From assembly GCA_039199635.1 (NCBI GenBank), contig JBCCSU010000001.1, positions 72-64,071 on the forward strand: DNA of 64,000 nucleotides. The letters run 5' to 3'. A model generated the notes under the pieces. That model saw only the letters and a program-made list of their open reading frames with translations, did no database searches and was not told the DNA's origin. The position numbers were made by a program, and so were the translations under genes. This DNA comes from Bacteroidota bacterium (lineage in GTDB: Bacteria; Bacteroidota; Bacteroidia; Cytophagales; Cyclobacteriaceae). Positions 39,019-49,056 of the stretch are shown here, in pieces (positions within the stretch are counted from its first letter, which is position 1; every line of letters begins with the position of its first letter).

Positions 39019-40066
39019 AATATTACTGATATTCCTTGTTTTACTTATTATCGGCAGAATTTATCTGCCTTATGCCGTCACGGATTACATCAACAAAGTT
39101 TTAAAAGACATCCCTGGTTATACGGGGTCTATTACTGGCGTAGATCTGCAATTGTATAAGGGGGCTTATTCAATTGACAGCCTTAGCATTGTAAAAGAAG
39201 ATAGTATAATTCAGGTGCCCTTTTTTGCTTCGGATAGAATTGACCTCTCCGTACAGTGGAGTGCTCTCTTTGACGGATCTATCGTAGGAGAAATAGATTT
39301 GATCAACCCAGAATTGAATTTTGTAGCGGCCGAAGACTCTAGTGCCACACAGTACGGTGAAAATGTAGATTGGACCCAGCCTTTAAAAGAATTATTGCCT
39401 ATTCAAATCAACCGACTGGGCATTAATAACGGTGAAATTTTCTTTAAAAATTTTCAAAGTAAGCCACAGGTAGACCTTTTCATAGAACAGGTAAACATGA
39501 ACGCCACTAATCTTACTAATTCCTCGGATCTGTCTGAACCCCTTCCTTCCTCTTTTCAAGCCACAGGCACTTCTATTGGCGGGGGTAAACTAGATATTCA
39601 CGGAGGCATAAATGTACTCAAGCAGGTGCCGGATATGGATCTTACCCTGTCTTTTGAAGGGGTAGAATTAACCGCTTTGAACGATTTCTTACAAGTTTAC
39701 GGTGCTATAGATGCAGAGCGCGGCAGCTTTGATCTGTACAGTGAGATCGTAATTGACAGTAGTCAGCTGACAGGATACGTCAAGCCAATTATTCAAGACC
39801 TTAAGCTTGTAAGGTGGAAGTCTGACAAAGACAAGCCCCTGCAGATGATCTGGGAATCAGTGGCAGGATTAGTGATCGAGATTTTTGAGAATCAAAAGAA
39901 GGATCAGTTTGCCACCAAGATTCCTTTTCAGGGAGATTTGGCCAACCCCAAAACGAAGGTATTTCCTACGTTGTGGAACATTTTTTCTAATGCCTTCATT
40001 GAAGCTTTTGACAAGACTACAGACGGTACGGTAGACTTTGGTCAAGAAGAAAACAACGAAGGATAG
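39002..40066 (+). CDS. DUF748 domain protein
   Basis: N-terminal TM, RIYLPY, DLSVQWSALF, GYVKP, NQKKDQFATKIP, NAFIEA; ATG 39002 preferred. Confidence 0.85.
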   Translation: MKKRYKILLIFLVLLIIGRIYLPYAVTDYINKVLKDIPGYTGSITGVDLQLYKGAYSIDSLSIVKEDSIIQVPFFASDRIDLSVQWSALFDGSIVGEIDLINPELNFVAAEDSSATQYGENVDWTQPLKELLPIQINRLGINNGEIFFKNFQSKPQVDLFIEQVNMNATNLTNSSDLSEPLPSSFQATGTSIGGGKLDIHGGINVLKQVPDMDLTLSFEGVELTALNDFLQVYGAIDAERGSFDLYSEIVIDSSQLTGYVKPIIQDLKLVRWKSDKDKPLQMIWESVAGLVIEIFENQKKDQFATKIPFQGDLANPKTKVFPTLWNIFSNAFIEAFDKTTDGTVDFGQEENNEG

Positions 40067-40067
40067 A

Positions 40068-41627
40068 TCACTTAGCTTCCTTTATTCCAGTGGATGATTT
40101 GATTCCGCTAAGTAGTGACTTCCACCAAAAATTGATCAGTGATTTTTTAGGATCTCGTTTGAAGTCGATTTGCCCGATACGCATTTCTTCGCTTCTCGGG
40201 TTGCTTGACTTCACCACGAGGCTATTGGCTATAAATGATTTAATACTGTTAGTTATGTCTTGTAACATTGATCCTTGGGCGTTTATGAATTCTACATTGA
40301 GATCTTCGTAGGCCAATTCAAGTTCTCCTGTGGCTTCGGAGGCGTTATGGGTGAAGCGAAAAGGTGATCTATAAATAGTTCCGCATCTAATATTTGTTCT
40401 CGCTACGTGATTTAGCATTGGATTTAGTGAAGGTAGATCCAGTTTATAAATAGTGCCGGAAAGCTCATAAGGAAGACTATTTTTTGAAATAGGAATTTTC
40501 GCCTCTAACTCGAGTTTACCATTCGCCATTATGTCCGCAGAAGCCTTCATCCGAAACGATGAGTTAAGCAAATAGCTTTTAATGTTTTTAGCGGAAGCTT
40601 CTAGATTTTTAAAATCAATAGCTCCCGCTTTAGGTGAGCCCTTAACATGTTCCTGGTAAGTGAGGGCACTATTTTTTAATGCAATGTGATGAACAGCCAG
40701 AGCGAGTGGTAATTTTTGAAATAGTTCATGCGGCAAAGGCTTATCAGGAATAGTTGGAAACTTTAATCTCTTATCTCTAAAAATGAGCGCAGAGAGACCC
40801 GTAGCTAAAACACTGTCGATTGATATTGTATCATTACCAACAGACGGCTTCAAATTTAACACCTCAATTCTTCTAATTTCGAGATCAATCCAGTCTGCCT
40901 CGTGACCTAATACCTGCCCTAATTTATATTTAGCAGGTATTGATTTCAGATAAAAATTCTTCACTTGAGTCCTTTTTTCGGAGCCGTGAAATGTGAGAGA
41001 ATCACAGCCCAAACTGAAAATGCCATCGGAGGTTATATAGTTGACACTGGAAAGGTCTACCTGAAGAAGTTGCAGAATCGAAGGTAAATCAGAATTGTTC
41101 TTTAGCTGGTAGGCCTCAGCCGATGCAGTAAACGATAAGGATTCTTTGCCCTGCTTAAAATCAAACTTCCCTCCGTTTAATTCCAAATCTATTTCTACAT
41201 CGCCATTAGAATTATTGGTGGTTAGCTTAACCGCCTCATGGATATCATCTTGAAAGGAAATTTGAGTCTGAAATGAATCTATTTTTATTGAAAAAGCCAG
41301 CTTATTATTAAAAAGTAAATCCCATAAGTTGATCTTAGAGATCTCAATAGATTCCGTATTCAAATGGAGAACAGCGGATTGGGCAGAATCGATTAAAATA
41401 TATTGGCTATCTACAGGATCAAGTGTGATGCCCTTGGCATTTAGAGATAAAGGAAAGAGAGAAACGTCTAAACTAGTCATACCCAGTTTGTAACTATCTT
41501 GGCTTAACTTTTGAACGTAGTTTTTCGCCTTATTTTCTACAATAGCATCTAGTTTAGACCAAAGAATAAGAACACCGATGATTAGGATTAGCAAAAAGGT
41601 TATCGCTATCTTGTATTTCAACTGCAT
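40068..41627 (-). CDS. AsmA/DUF748-like protein, short paralog of 19199-23236
   Basis: IFRDKR...KPLP, SFIANSLVVK.SNP, FKRDPKKSLINFWWKSLLSG. Confidence 0.72.
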   Translation of the reverse strand: MQLKYKIAITFLLILIIGVLILWSKLDAIVENKAKNYVQKLSQDSYKLGMTSLDVSLFPLSLNAKGITLDPVDSQYILIDSAQSAVLHLNTESIEISKINLWDLLFNNKLAFSIKIDSFQTQISFQDDIHEAVKLTTNNSNGDVEIDLELNGGKFDFKQGKESLSFTASAEAYQLKNNSDLPSILQLLQVDLSSVNYITSDGIFSLGCDSLTFHGSEKRTQVKNFYLKSIPAKYKLGQVLGHEADWIDLEIRRIEVLNLKPSVGNDTISIDSVLATGLSALIFRDKRLKFPTIPDKPLPHELFQKLPLALAVHHIALKNSALTYQEHVKGSPKAGAIDFKNLEASAKNIKSYLLNSSFRMKASADIMANGKLELEAKIPISKNSLPYELSGTIYKLDLPSLNPMLNHVARTNIRCGTIYRSPFRFTHNASEATGELELAYEDLNVEFINAQGSMLQDITNSIKSFIANSLVVKSSNPRSEEMRIGQIDFKRDPKKSLINFWWKSLLSGIKSSTGIKEAK

Positions 41628-41648
41628 GCGAATGATAAGACAATTATA

Positions 41649-42725
41649 ATGCCCTTAAATTCCCTACTTAACATCATATTTCAGGTCGGTCTTGTTTTGT
41701 CTATTGCGTTTACAGCATTACAATTCATTAGAAGAGACGATTGGTGGATAAGGGTTTCTGATTTCCCACATATTCAAACTACTGTACTCACCTTTTTATT
41801 TCTTTTGGGTTCTATATTTACTTTCGCCTGGGATGGACTGCTGGATTGGTTTATAGCTGGGTTTGGTCTTTTAACATTGATCTATCAAGCGATTATAATT
41901 TATCCATACACACGTTTGTCTACCAAACAGGCCAAGAATTGGTCTACTAATAAAAGCGGTCAACACTTCTCTATTTTGGAAGCTAACGTTTACATGTTTA
42001 ATAAAGAGTATTCCAAGTTGCTTAACGAAGTGCATAAATATGATCCGGATGTGCTCATTGCGTTAGAAACCGATGAAAAGTGGAACCAGGCGTTAGCTGG
42101 ATTAAACGAAAATTATCCTCATACCATAGAATACCCAAAGGATAATACTTACGGCATTTTATTGTTTTCCAAACTAGAGATAACCGAGTACAAAATAAAT
42201 TTTTGGATTAACGATGAAATTCCATCCGTGGAATGCTTGATCAAATTACGGAATGAAAAATTGGTAAAGCTCTATGTGGTGCACCCTGAACCTCCTAGCC
42301 CGTCAGAAAGCCACACTTCTACGGAGCGAGACGCTGAGCTTATTGTAGTCGGAAAAAAAGCCGCTCAGGCTGATCACCCGGTCATTGTAGCTGGGGATTT
42401 AAATGATGTAGCCTGGTCTCATACCACCCGGCTTTTCCAACGACTCAGTGGTCTTTTAGATCCGCGCATCGGCCGTGGATTTTTTAATACTTTTCACGCT
42501 AAATACAGACTATTACGCTGGCCGTTAGATCACGTTTTTCATTCGGACCATTTTCTTGTTGGCCGTATAGAACGAGGCGCGGATATTGGTTCTGACCATT
42601 TTCCAATGTTTATTGAGCTTATTTTAGCACCTCAGGTAGGTAAAAACATCAATGGTGCTACGGAAGAACTGACTGAGGAAGATGAATTAGAGACGAGGAA
42701 GAAGTTGGAAAAGGCTTTAGAATAA
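41649..42725 (+). CDS. Membrane-anchored endonuclease/exonuclease/phosphatase (YafD-like)
   Basis: ANV, PDVLIALET, AGDLND, LDHVF, GSDHFP. Confidence 0.9.
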   Translation: MPLNSLLNIIFQVGLVLSIAFTALQFIRRDDWWIRVSDFPHIQTTVLTFLFLLGSIFTFAWDGLLDWFIAGFGLLTLIYQAIIIYPYTRLSTKQAKNWSTNKSGQHFSILEANVYMFNKEYSKLLNEVHKYDPDVLIALETDEKWNQALAGLNENYPHTIEYPKDNTYGILLFSKLEITEYKINFWINDEIPSVECLIKLRNEKLVKLYVVHPEPPSPSESHTSTERDAELIVVGKKAAQADHPVIVAGDLNDVAWSHTTRLFQRLSGLLDPRIGRGFFNTFHAKYRLLRWPLDHVFHSDHFLVGRIERGADIGSDHFPMFIELILAPQVGKNINGATEELTEEDELETRKKLEKALE

Positions 42726-42753
42726 GGCAAAAGCCGAATTTGAAAAAATTAAA

Positions 42754-42823
42754 AAGCTGTCCAAAAGGTAAATCACTTTCAGTTGACAAACCTGAATGAT
42801 AATTATTCCCTTAAAAACAGCTT
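42754..42823. repeat. Degenerate intergenic hairpin repeat
   Basis: Nested arms AAGCTGT/ACAGCTT, AAGG/CCTT and TTCAG/CTGAA. Confidence 0.4.
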
Positions 42824-42857
42824 CTTCAAGACCGGTTGTAGTGGTTTGTCTTGTTCG

Positions 42858-43010
42858 CTAAATGCCTCTACCACGGATCAAACGGAATAGGATAGCAATT
42901 ATCGCTATCACTAAAAGGACGTGTATTATTCCGCCCACACTGAAGTAGAAAAAACCAAGGAGCCAGCCTATGACCAGAATGACTGCGATTAAGTAAAGTA
43001 GATTGCTCAT
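42858..43010 (-). CDS. lmo0937-family small membrane protein (not in the ORF track)
   Basis: MSNLLYLIAVILVIGWLLGFFYFSVGGIIHVLLVIAIIAILFRLIRGRGI. Confidence 0.9.
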   Translation of the reverse strand: MSNLLYLIAVILVIGWLLGFFYFSVGGIIHVLLVIAIIAILFRLIRGRGI

Positions 43011-43224
43011 TACAAATTTGTTTGTTTTAACCTTTAAGTATCAAATCCATCACCAGATTAAAAACGGTGTCTGGAAGTCTTTTGGCCAATTTTCTCACTT
43101 CCACTCAAGATCACGTTCCACGTACTGTAGAAATATCTCTACATTTACATCTAAGGCTTTCACCTATACAGAGTAAAATCGATTGGCATGATTATGAGTC
43201 TATGTGGGTCAAAGCTTTAATCAG

Positions 43225-43422
43225 ATGGAAACATTTATACTAATCATAAAATTAATGGCCACACTCATTTTGTTTTTTGTGGTGTTTGTAATCATTACCA
43301 GGCTTTTGGTTAAACTATTGTTCGTAAAAGTAGATTCAAAGGAATACGAGGAGCGTTTAACTCGTTTTTTAGATCGGAAAGCATTAGCACAACAACGTAA
43401 GCTGAACAAAAGGTACATATAA
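43225..43422 (+). CDS. Small single-TM hypothetical protein
   Basis: METFILIIKL... hydrophobic helix with a basic tail; first gene of the regulator operon. Confidence 0.55.
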   Translation: METFILIIKLMATLILFFVVFVIITRLLVKLLFVKVDSKEYEERLTRFLDRKALAQQRKLNKRYI

Positions 43423-43430
43423 TAATAAGC

Positions 43431-43796
43431 ATGGAGATGGATATGAAGGCGCTGATAGTGGACGATGAAAAAGAGATCTGTTTGCTCTTGGGACACCAAT
43501 TAAAAAAATTAGGAGTTACTTCATCTCAAGCTCATTCACTCTCTGAGGGGCTAGAAAATTTTAATCCGACGGAGCATGATCTTGTATTTTTGGATATCAA
43601 TCTTCCTGACGGAAACGGGTTAGATATTATTCCCTCCTTGAAAGCGAAAAATGAAAAAATCAAAATTGTAGTAATTAGTGCCTATGACACTAAATCCGAA
43701 CATAAAAAAGCTTATGAATTAGGCATATATCAATTTCTAGGTAAGCCATTTACTAACCAAATGGTAGCGCAGATCATAACAGACATAAAAAATTAA
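43431..43796 (+). CDS. Single-domain response regulator
   Basis: LIVDDE, LVFLDINLPDG, KPF. Confidence 0.9.
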   Translation: MEMDMKALIVDDEKEICLLLGHQLKKLGVTSSQAHSLSEGLENFNPTEHDLVFLDINLPDGNGLDIIPSLKAKNEKIKIVVISAYDTKSEHKKAYELGIYQFLGKPFTNQMVAQIITDIKN

Positions 43797-43816
43797 TCTA
43801 AACTAAATGCTCCTTC

Positions 43817-45193
43817 ATGGATAGAGTTCTTATTATAGACGATGATCAGGATATCTGCCGACTTCTTGTTCGCTTTTTAAATAAAAATGGGTTTGAGACA
43901 GAGTCAGCAATTAATGGAGATGAAGCTCTTAAACTTCTAAAAGAAAATTCATACGATCTGGTGCTTTCCGATTATAAATTACCAGATGCCAACGGTGTAG
44001 AATTACTTCGTAAAATTAAAATCTTAAATTCTGATACAGCGGTGATTATCATTACCGGCTATTCTGACATCAAAATTGCGGTGGAAGCTTTGAGGTACGG
44101 TGCCTTTGACTATGTGACGAAACCCTTATATCCGGATGAAATTCTCTTAAAAGTAAAAGAGGCTATCAGTTCTGATCAACCGTCTCCCGCCAAATCGGGC
44201 CGCAAGAAAAAGGTAAAAAAAGCGGCAAAGAAAGAATTTATTTTTGGACAAAGTCCACAAGCGCAACAAGTGCAAAAACACATTGATCTTATTGCCCCTA
44301 CGGATATGTCCGTCATTGTCATAGGCGAAACAGGTACCGGAAAAGAGTTTGTGGCTAACGCTATACATCACAAGAGTAAAAGGGCCGATCAGCCTTTTGT
44401 AGCAATAGACTGTGGGGCTATTCCAAAAGAGCTGGCAGGGTCTGAGTTATTTGGTCACGTGAAAGGGGCTTTCACCGGTGCCTTAAGTGATAAGACCGGC
44501 AGCTTTGAAATGGCTAACGGAGGCACCTTATTTTTAGACGAAATAGGTAATCTCTCTTATGACAATCAGATAAAGCTGTTGAGGGTACTTCAGGAGCGAA
44601 AGATAAAGCGACTAGGAAGTAATAAAGATATTGCCATAGATGTACGGGTAATTGTGGCTACTAATGAGAACTTAAAAGAGGCCGTTCGAGACCATAAATT
44701 CCGAGAAGACATTTATCATCGGCTCAATGAATTTAAAATTGAGTTAAGTCCGCTGAGAGAGCGCCCGGATGATGTACTTATTTTTGCGGAACATTTCTTA
44801 AAAACGGCCAACAGAGCACTAGATAAGGAAGTTGAGCAGTTCAGCGAGGCCACTAAAGCTAAACTGAGAGAGTACTATTGGCATGGTAATCTTCGAGAGC
44901 TTCAGAATGTGATCAAGCGGGCAGTCTTACTCTGTACCGGAGATGTCATTACCCCCGAGCAGCTGCCGGAAGAATTGATCACACCAGAATTTATGTCTTC
45001 GTCCACCATGACTGTGCCCATAGTGAGTGAAGATGATGACGACTTAAAAAATGCGGCTAGTAATGCTCAGCGTGCGGTCATAATCGATGCCTTGAAAAAG
45101 ACAGGATACAATAAAACGAAGGCCGCTAAGGTGTTAAACATAGATAGAAAAACACTTTACAATAAATTGAAAGCTTATGATATAAGTATCTAG
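43817..45193 (+). CDS. NtrC-family sigma54-dependent response regulator
   Basis: REC; GETGTGKE; GAFTGA; LFLDEI; WHGNLREL; Fis HTH NKTKAAKVLNIDRKTLYNKL. Confidence 0.95.
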   Translation: MDRVLIIDDDQDICRLLVRFLNKNGFETESAINGDEALKLLKENSYDLVLSDYKLPDANGVELLRKIKILNSDTAVIIITGYSDIKIAVEALRYGAFDYVTKPLYPDEILLKVKEAISSDQPSPAKSGRKKKVKKAAKKEFIFGQSPQAQQVQKHIDLIAPTDMSVIVIGETGTGKEFVANAIHHKSKRADQPFVAIDCGAIPKELAGSELFGHVKGAFTGALSDKTGSFEMANGGTLFLDEIGNLSYDNQIKLLRVLQERKIKRLGSNKDIAIDVRVIVATNENLKEAVRDHKFREDIYHRLNEFKIELSPLRERPDDVLIFAEHFLKTANRALDKEVEQFSEATKAKLREYYWHGNLRELQNVIKRAVLLCTGDVITPEQLPEELITPEFMSSSTMTVPIVSEDDDDLKNAASNAQRAVIIDALKKTGYNKTKAAKVLNIDRKTLYNKLKAYDISI

Positions 45194-45205
45194 AATGAAA
45201 TAGTA

Positions 45206-47008
45206 ATGACGAAGCTAACTTTCCAGTTCGCATTTCTCTCTTCTATTATCATACTCTTTGTAGTATCATTCTTCACTTATCGATCTCTAATAGAGTTTGG
45301 CGCTGATGCTAAAATGGTAATACATACAGAAGAGGTTAAAGATCAGCTAGCGCTTTACAAAAATGCCGCAATACGGTTTTCCAGAAATTTGAGGAATGCC
45401 GCCTTCCATCCTAATACCATTGATTCAATTCGTATCAGTCAATTTGAAAAAACAACCGCTAATTATTTAACAACATTAGACAGCTTGGTCGCTGATAATC
45501 CTACTCAACTTCAGGCTGTAGCAGAATTAAAAATCATAACGAAGCGATATTCTGAGGTAGCCTCTAATTTGGCGCTTACGGCTGCCAATACCCCGATAAG
45601 CTCTCTAAAGATAATTAACCAAATGAAAGACGAAGATATGGCTCTTCAGGAGCTATTGGTTCAACTGAGCGAAATGAGAAATACAGAAAACGAACTGTTG
45701 GTAAAACGTTCAGAGGAGGCAGCCAACTCACAGCATTTTGCCCCCATCACGTTGGTGTCATTAGTAGTCATTGCCACATGTATCATCAGTTTTCTATTTT
45801 TCAATACATTTCATCTTTTTAAGCAAAATGAAGCCAAAGCCAATAGTCTTGCTGTTCGTGTAAAGCAGGTGAATCATGAAATGACGAAGAACGTTGAACT
45901 TCGCCAACTGCTTCAAACCATTTTTGATAGTTCTCAAAATGGAATTATTGCATTTAGCGCGTTAAGAGATGAAGAAAATGTAATAATCGACTTCATTTTT
46001 GAATTAGCCAACGAACAAAGCGCTGCTTTGCTCGACCATTTCGAAAAAGAGCTGAAAGGAAAAACGATGCTCGAAGTGATTCCTGGAAATAAAGATATCG
46101 GACTTTTTGATCGTTATGTTCACGTAGTAGAAACGGGTGAGACTTATCGGAATATCAGCTATTACCCGCATGACGGGCTTGACCATTGGTTTGACATATG
46201 CGCCGTAAAAAACGGAGATGGTTTTGTAGTCACTTTCAGTGATGTAAGCAACTTAAAGCGTTACGAAGAATCACTATTGGCCAAACAAAAAGAGTTGGAG
46301 GCCACCAATGCTGAGCTTGAGCAATTTGCTTACATAGCCTCACACGACTTACAAGAACCCTTGCGAAAAGTTCGTGCCTTTGGCGACCGACTTACAGCTT
46401 CGTATCGTGAAGAGTTGGGTGAGAAAGGTCAGGATTATATCAGCAGAATGCAAAATGCAGCTGCCCGGATGCAGATCTTGATCGATGATCTACTGAAATT
46501 TTCAAGGATTTCACGATCAAAAGTAGAACACAAATTATTCAGCCTGAACCAGGCCCTGGCTACTGCCCTTGATAACCTGGAAATTCAGATAGAAAATAAA
46601 CAAGCTAAAATAACGGCAAAAGATCTACCTCAGATCATGGGTGATCAGGTTCAAATAGTTCAGCTCTTTCAAAATCTGATTTCAAATGCCTTAAAATATG
46701 CCAAGCATAATGTGCTACCTCACATTGAAATTACTGCTGAAAAGGTGGAAGATCAGTCGCTAGATAAAGATCTGGAATATTGGAAAATAAGTGTTGCAGA
46801 TAATGGCATCGGTTTTAACAATAAATACCGCTCTCAAATATTCAATATTTTTGAGCGCCTGCACGGTCGCAGAGAATATAGCGGCACAGGAATTGGTTTA
46901 GCTATTTGTGAAAAGATTATGACCAACCATCACGGAAGGATTACGGCTGACGGAACACCGGATGTAGGGGCTACTTTCACATTTTATTTACCCAAAATCG
47001 CCATATGA
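45206..47008 (+). CDS. CHASE3-PAS histidine kinase (Cph1-type kinase core)
   Basis: Two TMs around a CHASE3-like domain (VIHTEEV, LVADNPTQ); FAYIASHDLQEPLRK; GTGIGLAIC. Confidence 0.9.
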   Translation: MTKLTFQFAFLSSIIILFVVSFFTYRSLIEFGADAKMVIHTEEVKDQLALYKNAAIRFSRNLRNAAFHPNTIDSIRISQFEKTTANYLTTLDSLVADNPTQLQAVAELKIITKRYSEVASNLALTAANTPISSLKIINQMKDEDMALQELLVQLSEMRNTENELLVKRSEEAANSQHFAPITLVSLVVIATCIISFLFFNTFHLFKQNEAKANSLAVRVKQVNHEMTKNVELRQLLQTIFDSSQNGIIAFSALRDEENVIIDFIFELANEQSAALLDHFEKELKGKTMLEVIPGNKDIGLFDRYVHVVETGETYRNISYYPHDGLDHWFDICAVKNGDGFVVTFSDVSNLKRYEESLLAKQKELEATNAELEQFAYIASHDLQEPLRKVRAFGDRLTASYREELGEKGQDYISRMQNAAARMQILIDDLLKFSRISRSKVEHKLFSLNQALATALDNLEIQIENKQAKITAKDLPQIMGDQVQIVQLFQNLISNALKYAKHNVLPHIEITAEKVEDQSLDKDLEYWKISVADNGIGFNNKYRSQIFNIFERLHGRREYSGTGIGLAICEKIMTNHHGRITADGTPDVGATFTFYLPKIAI

Positions 47009-47460
47009 ATACAGAAACGATTAAACCCATTACCATCTTGATGGCCGATGATGATCCGGATGATCAACTAATGGCCCAAGAAGCCTTTGAAGAAAATAGA
47101 ATGGCAAATGCACTAGCTTTTGTAAACGATGGCCAGGAACTTCTTGACTATTTGAAACACGAGGGTAAATACAATCAGACTAATGCACCTCGACCAGGAC
47201 TTATATTATTAGATCTGAACATGCCTAAAAAGGATGGTAGAACTGCACTCAAAGAAATTAAGGCAGATCCTAATTTAAAGCGAATACCTGTGGTGGTACT
47301 CACTACCAGTAAATCAGATGAGGATGTACTTAAAAGTTATGATTTAGGCGTTTCCTCGTTTATTACGAAGCCCGTGAGTTTTGAGAGCCTCATAGAAGTA
47401 ACACGCGAAATAGGTAAATATTGGTTTGGCATTGTGGTTTTACCCAAAGAAAATGATTAA
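47005..47460 (+). CDS. Rcp1-type response regulator
   Basis: ILMADDD, LILLDLNMPKKDG, IPVVVLTTS, YW. Confidence 0.92.
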   Translation: MNTETIKPITILMADDDPDDQLMAQEAFEENRMANALAFVNDGQELLDYLKHEGKYNQTNAPRPGLILLDLNMPKKDGRTALKEIKADPNLKRIPVVVLTTSKSDEDVLKSYDLGVSSFITKPVSFESLIEVTREIGKYWFGIVVLPKEND

Positions 47461-48912
47461 ATGAAAAATATGGTGATGGTAAAGATCCTGTTGATCGATG
47501 ACGATGAGGATGACTATATAATAACCAGAGATATACTTGAGGATATACGCGATTTTAATTTTACTCTAGACTGGAAACAGAACTTTTCCGATGGCCTGGA
47601 GCGTATTAAAGATAAGGAACACGATATATGTTTCGTAGATTATCGTTTAGGAGAATCTGACGGAGTAGAGTTAGTGAAAAAGGCGATAGAAGCTGGTGCT
47701 ACGGAGCCCTTAGTCGTGCTTACCGGTAAAGGTGATCGGGTAGTTGATAAAAAAGCCATGGAGGAAGGGGCAGCAGATTTTTTAGTAAAGACTGAGCTTA
47801 CGCCTTCACTCATGGAGCGCTGTATTCGCTATTCTTTAAAAAACAGCAGAGCGCTCCAAATGGTAAAAGAAGGAGAGAGAAAATTCCGCCAGCTTTTCGA
47901 ACGTTCCGTAGATGCCATCTACATATCAGATCTATCACACCAAATTATTGAAGTAAACCCTTCATTTCAACTGCTTTTTGCGTGTGATTCTCAATATCCT
48001 GAAAAGAAAAAACTTGACCTCTTTTTCGAAAAAAAGACTGAGTTCGAGGCGTTTTCAGAAAAGCTCCGTGATAATGATCAGGTAAAGGATTTCAATGCTG
48101 AATTAAAAAGAAAGGGGGGAGGCTCAATCACTTGCCAGCTTACGTCCATTGTGAGAATGGATTATAATGGTGTATGTATTGGCTATCAGGGTATTATAAG
48201 AGACATCAGCCTTCAAAAGAAAGCCGAAACAGAACTCTTAATGGCTCAAAAACTCTCTATGACAGGGAAAATTGCACGCAGTATTGCCCACGAGGTTAGA
48301 AATCCTCTAACCAACTTAGGCCTGGCATTGGATCAGCTGAAAGATGAACTACCTCAGGGTGATGAAGAGGTAGATATGTTTCTGAGCATCATAGAGCGAA
48401 ACGCCAATCGAATTGGTCAGCTCATTACAGAGATGCTTAACTCTTCTAAACCAAAGGTACTCCACCGGCAGGAATGCCAGGTAAATGAGTTACTTAACGA
48501 TATCGTGGAGTTAGTTCATGACCGATTAACGCTCAAAGGCATGAAGTTGATAAAGAATTTGTCCACCGATATTAAACCTCTTCAGATAGACGCTGATAAA
48601 CTTAAGATCGCTATCCTCAATGTAATGGTGAACGCTATAGAAGCTATGGATGATAATGCAGGTAAACTTCATCTAACAAGTAGTATAACCGATCGAAATT
48701 TGATGATTACCATTGAAGACAATGGCTGTGGTATCTCCGCGGAAGACCTGGATAAACTCTTTGACCCCTTCTACACGAATAAGCAAGGAGGAATGGGCTT
48801 GGGCCTAACTTCAACTCAAAATATAATTAACAGCCACGGGGGAAAAATAGAAGTAAGTAGTAAGCTGGATAGAGGCACAAAGTTCATATTACAGCTTCCG
48901 ATAAACGTTTAG
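47461..48912 (+). CDS. REC-PAS hybrid histidine kinase
   Basis: LLIDDDEDD, PAS, IAHEVRNPLTN, GMGLGL. Confidence 0.92.
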   Translation: MKNMVMVKILLIDDDEDDYIITRDILEDIRDFNFTLDWKQNFSDGLERIKDKEHDICFVDYRLGESDGVELVKKAIEAGATEPLVVLTGKGDRVVDKKAMEEGAADFLVKTELTPSLMERCIRYSLKNSRALQMVKEGERKFRQLFERSVDAIYISDLSHQIIEVNPSFQLLFACDSQYPEKKKLDLFFEKKTEFEAFSEKLRDNDQVKDFNAELKRKGGGSITCQLTSIVRMDYNGVCIGYQGIIRDISLQKKAETELLMAQKLSMTGKIARSIAHEVRNPLTNLGLALDQLKDELPQGDEEVDMFLSIIERNANRIGQLITEMLNSSKPKVLHRQECQVNELLNDIVELVHDRLTLKGMKLIKNLSTDIKPLQIDADKLKIAILNVMVNAIEAMDDNAGKLHLTSSITDRNLMITIEDNGCGISAEDLDKLFDPFYTNKQGGMGLGLTSTQNIINSHGGKIEVSSKLDRGTKFILQLPINV

Positions 48913-48984
48913 AAGGCATTCACAGATTGGGGAAAGTCGTAGATTTACTTACCCAACAAGACTATATTACACCTCGAATAGCAA

Positions 48985-49023
48985 GATATTAGTTAACTAA
49001 TATCAGTTTGGCATAATATTTAG
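48985..49023 (+). promoter_or_regulatory. Perfect 20-bp palindrome followed by a sigma54-like box
   Basis: GATATTAGTTAACTAATATC (48985-49004) and TGGCATAATATTTAG (49009-49023). Confidence 0.55.
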
Positions 49024-49056
49024 CTACAGCACAAAGAATCCAAAGCTCTAATATTT

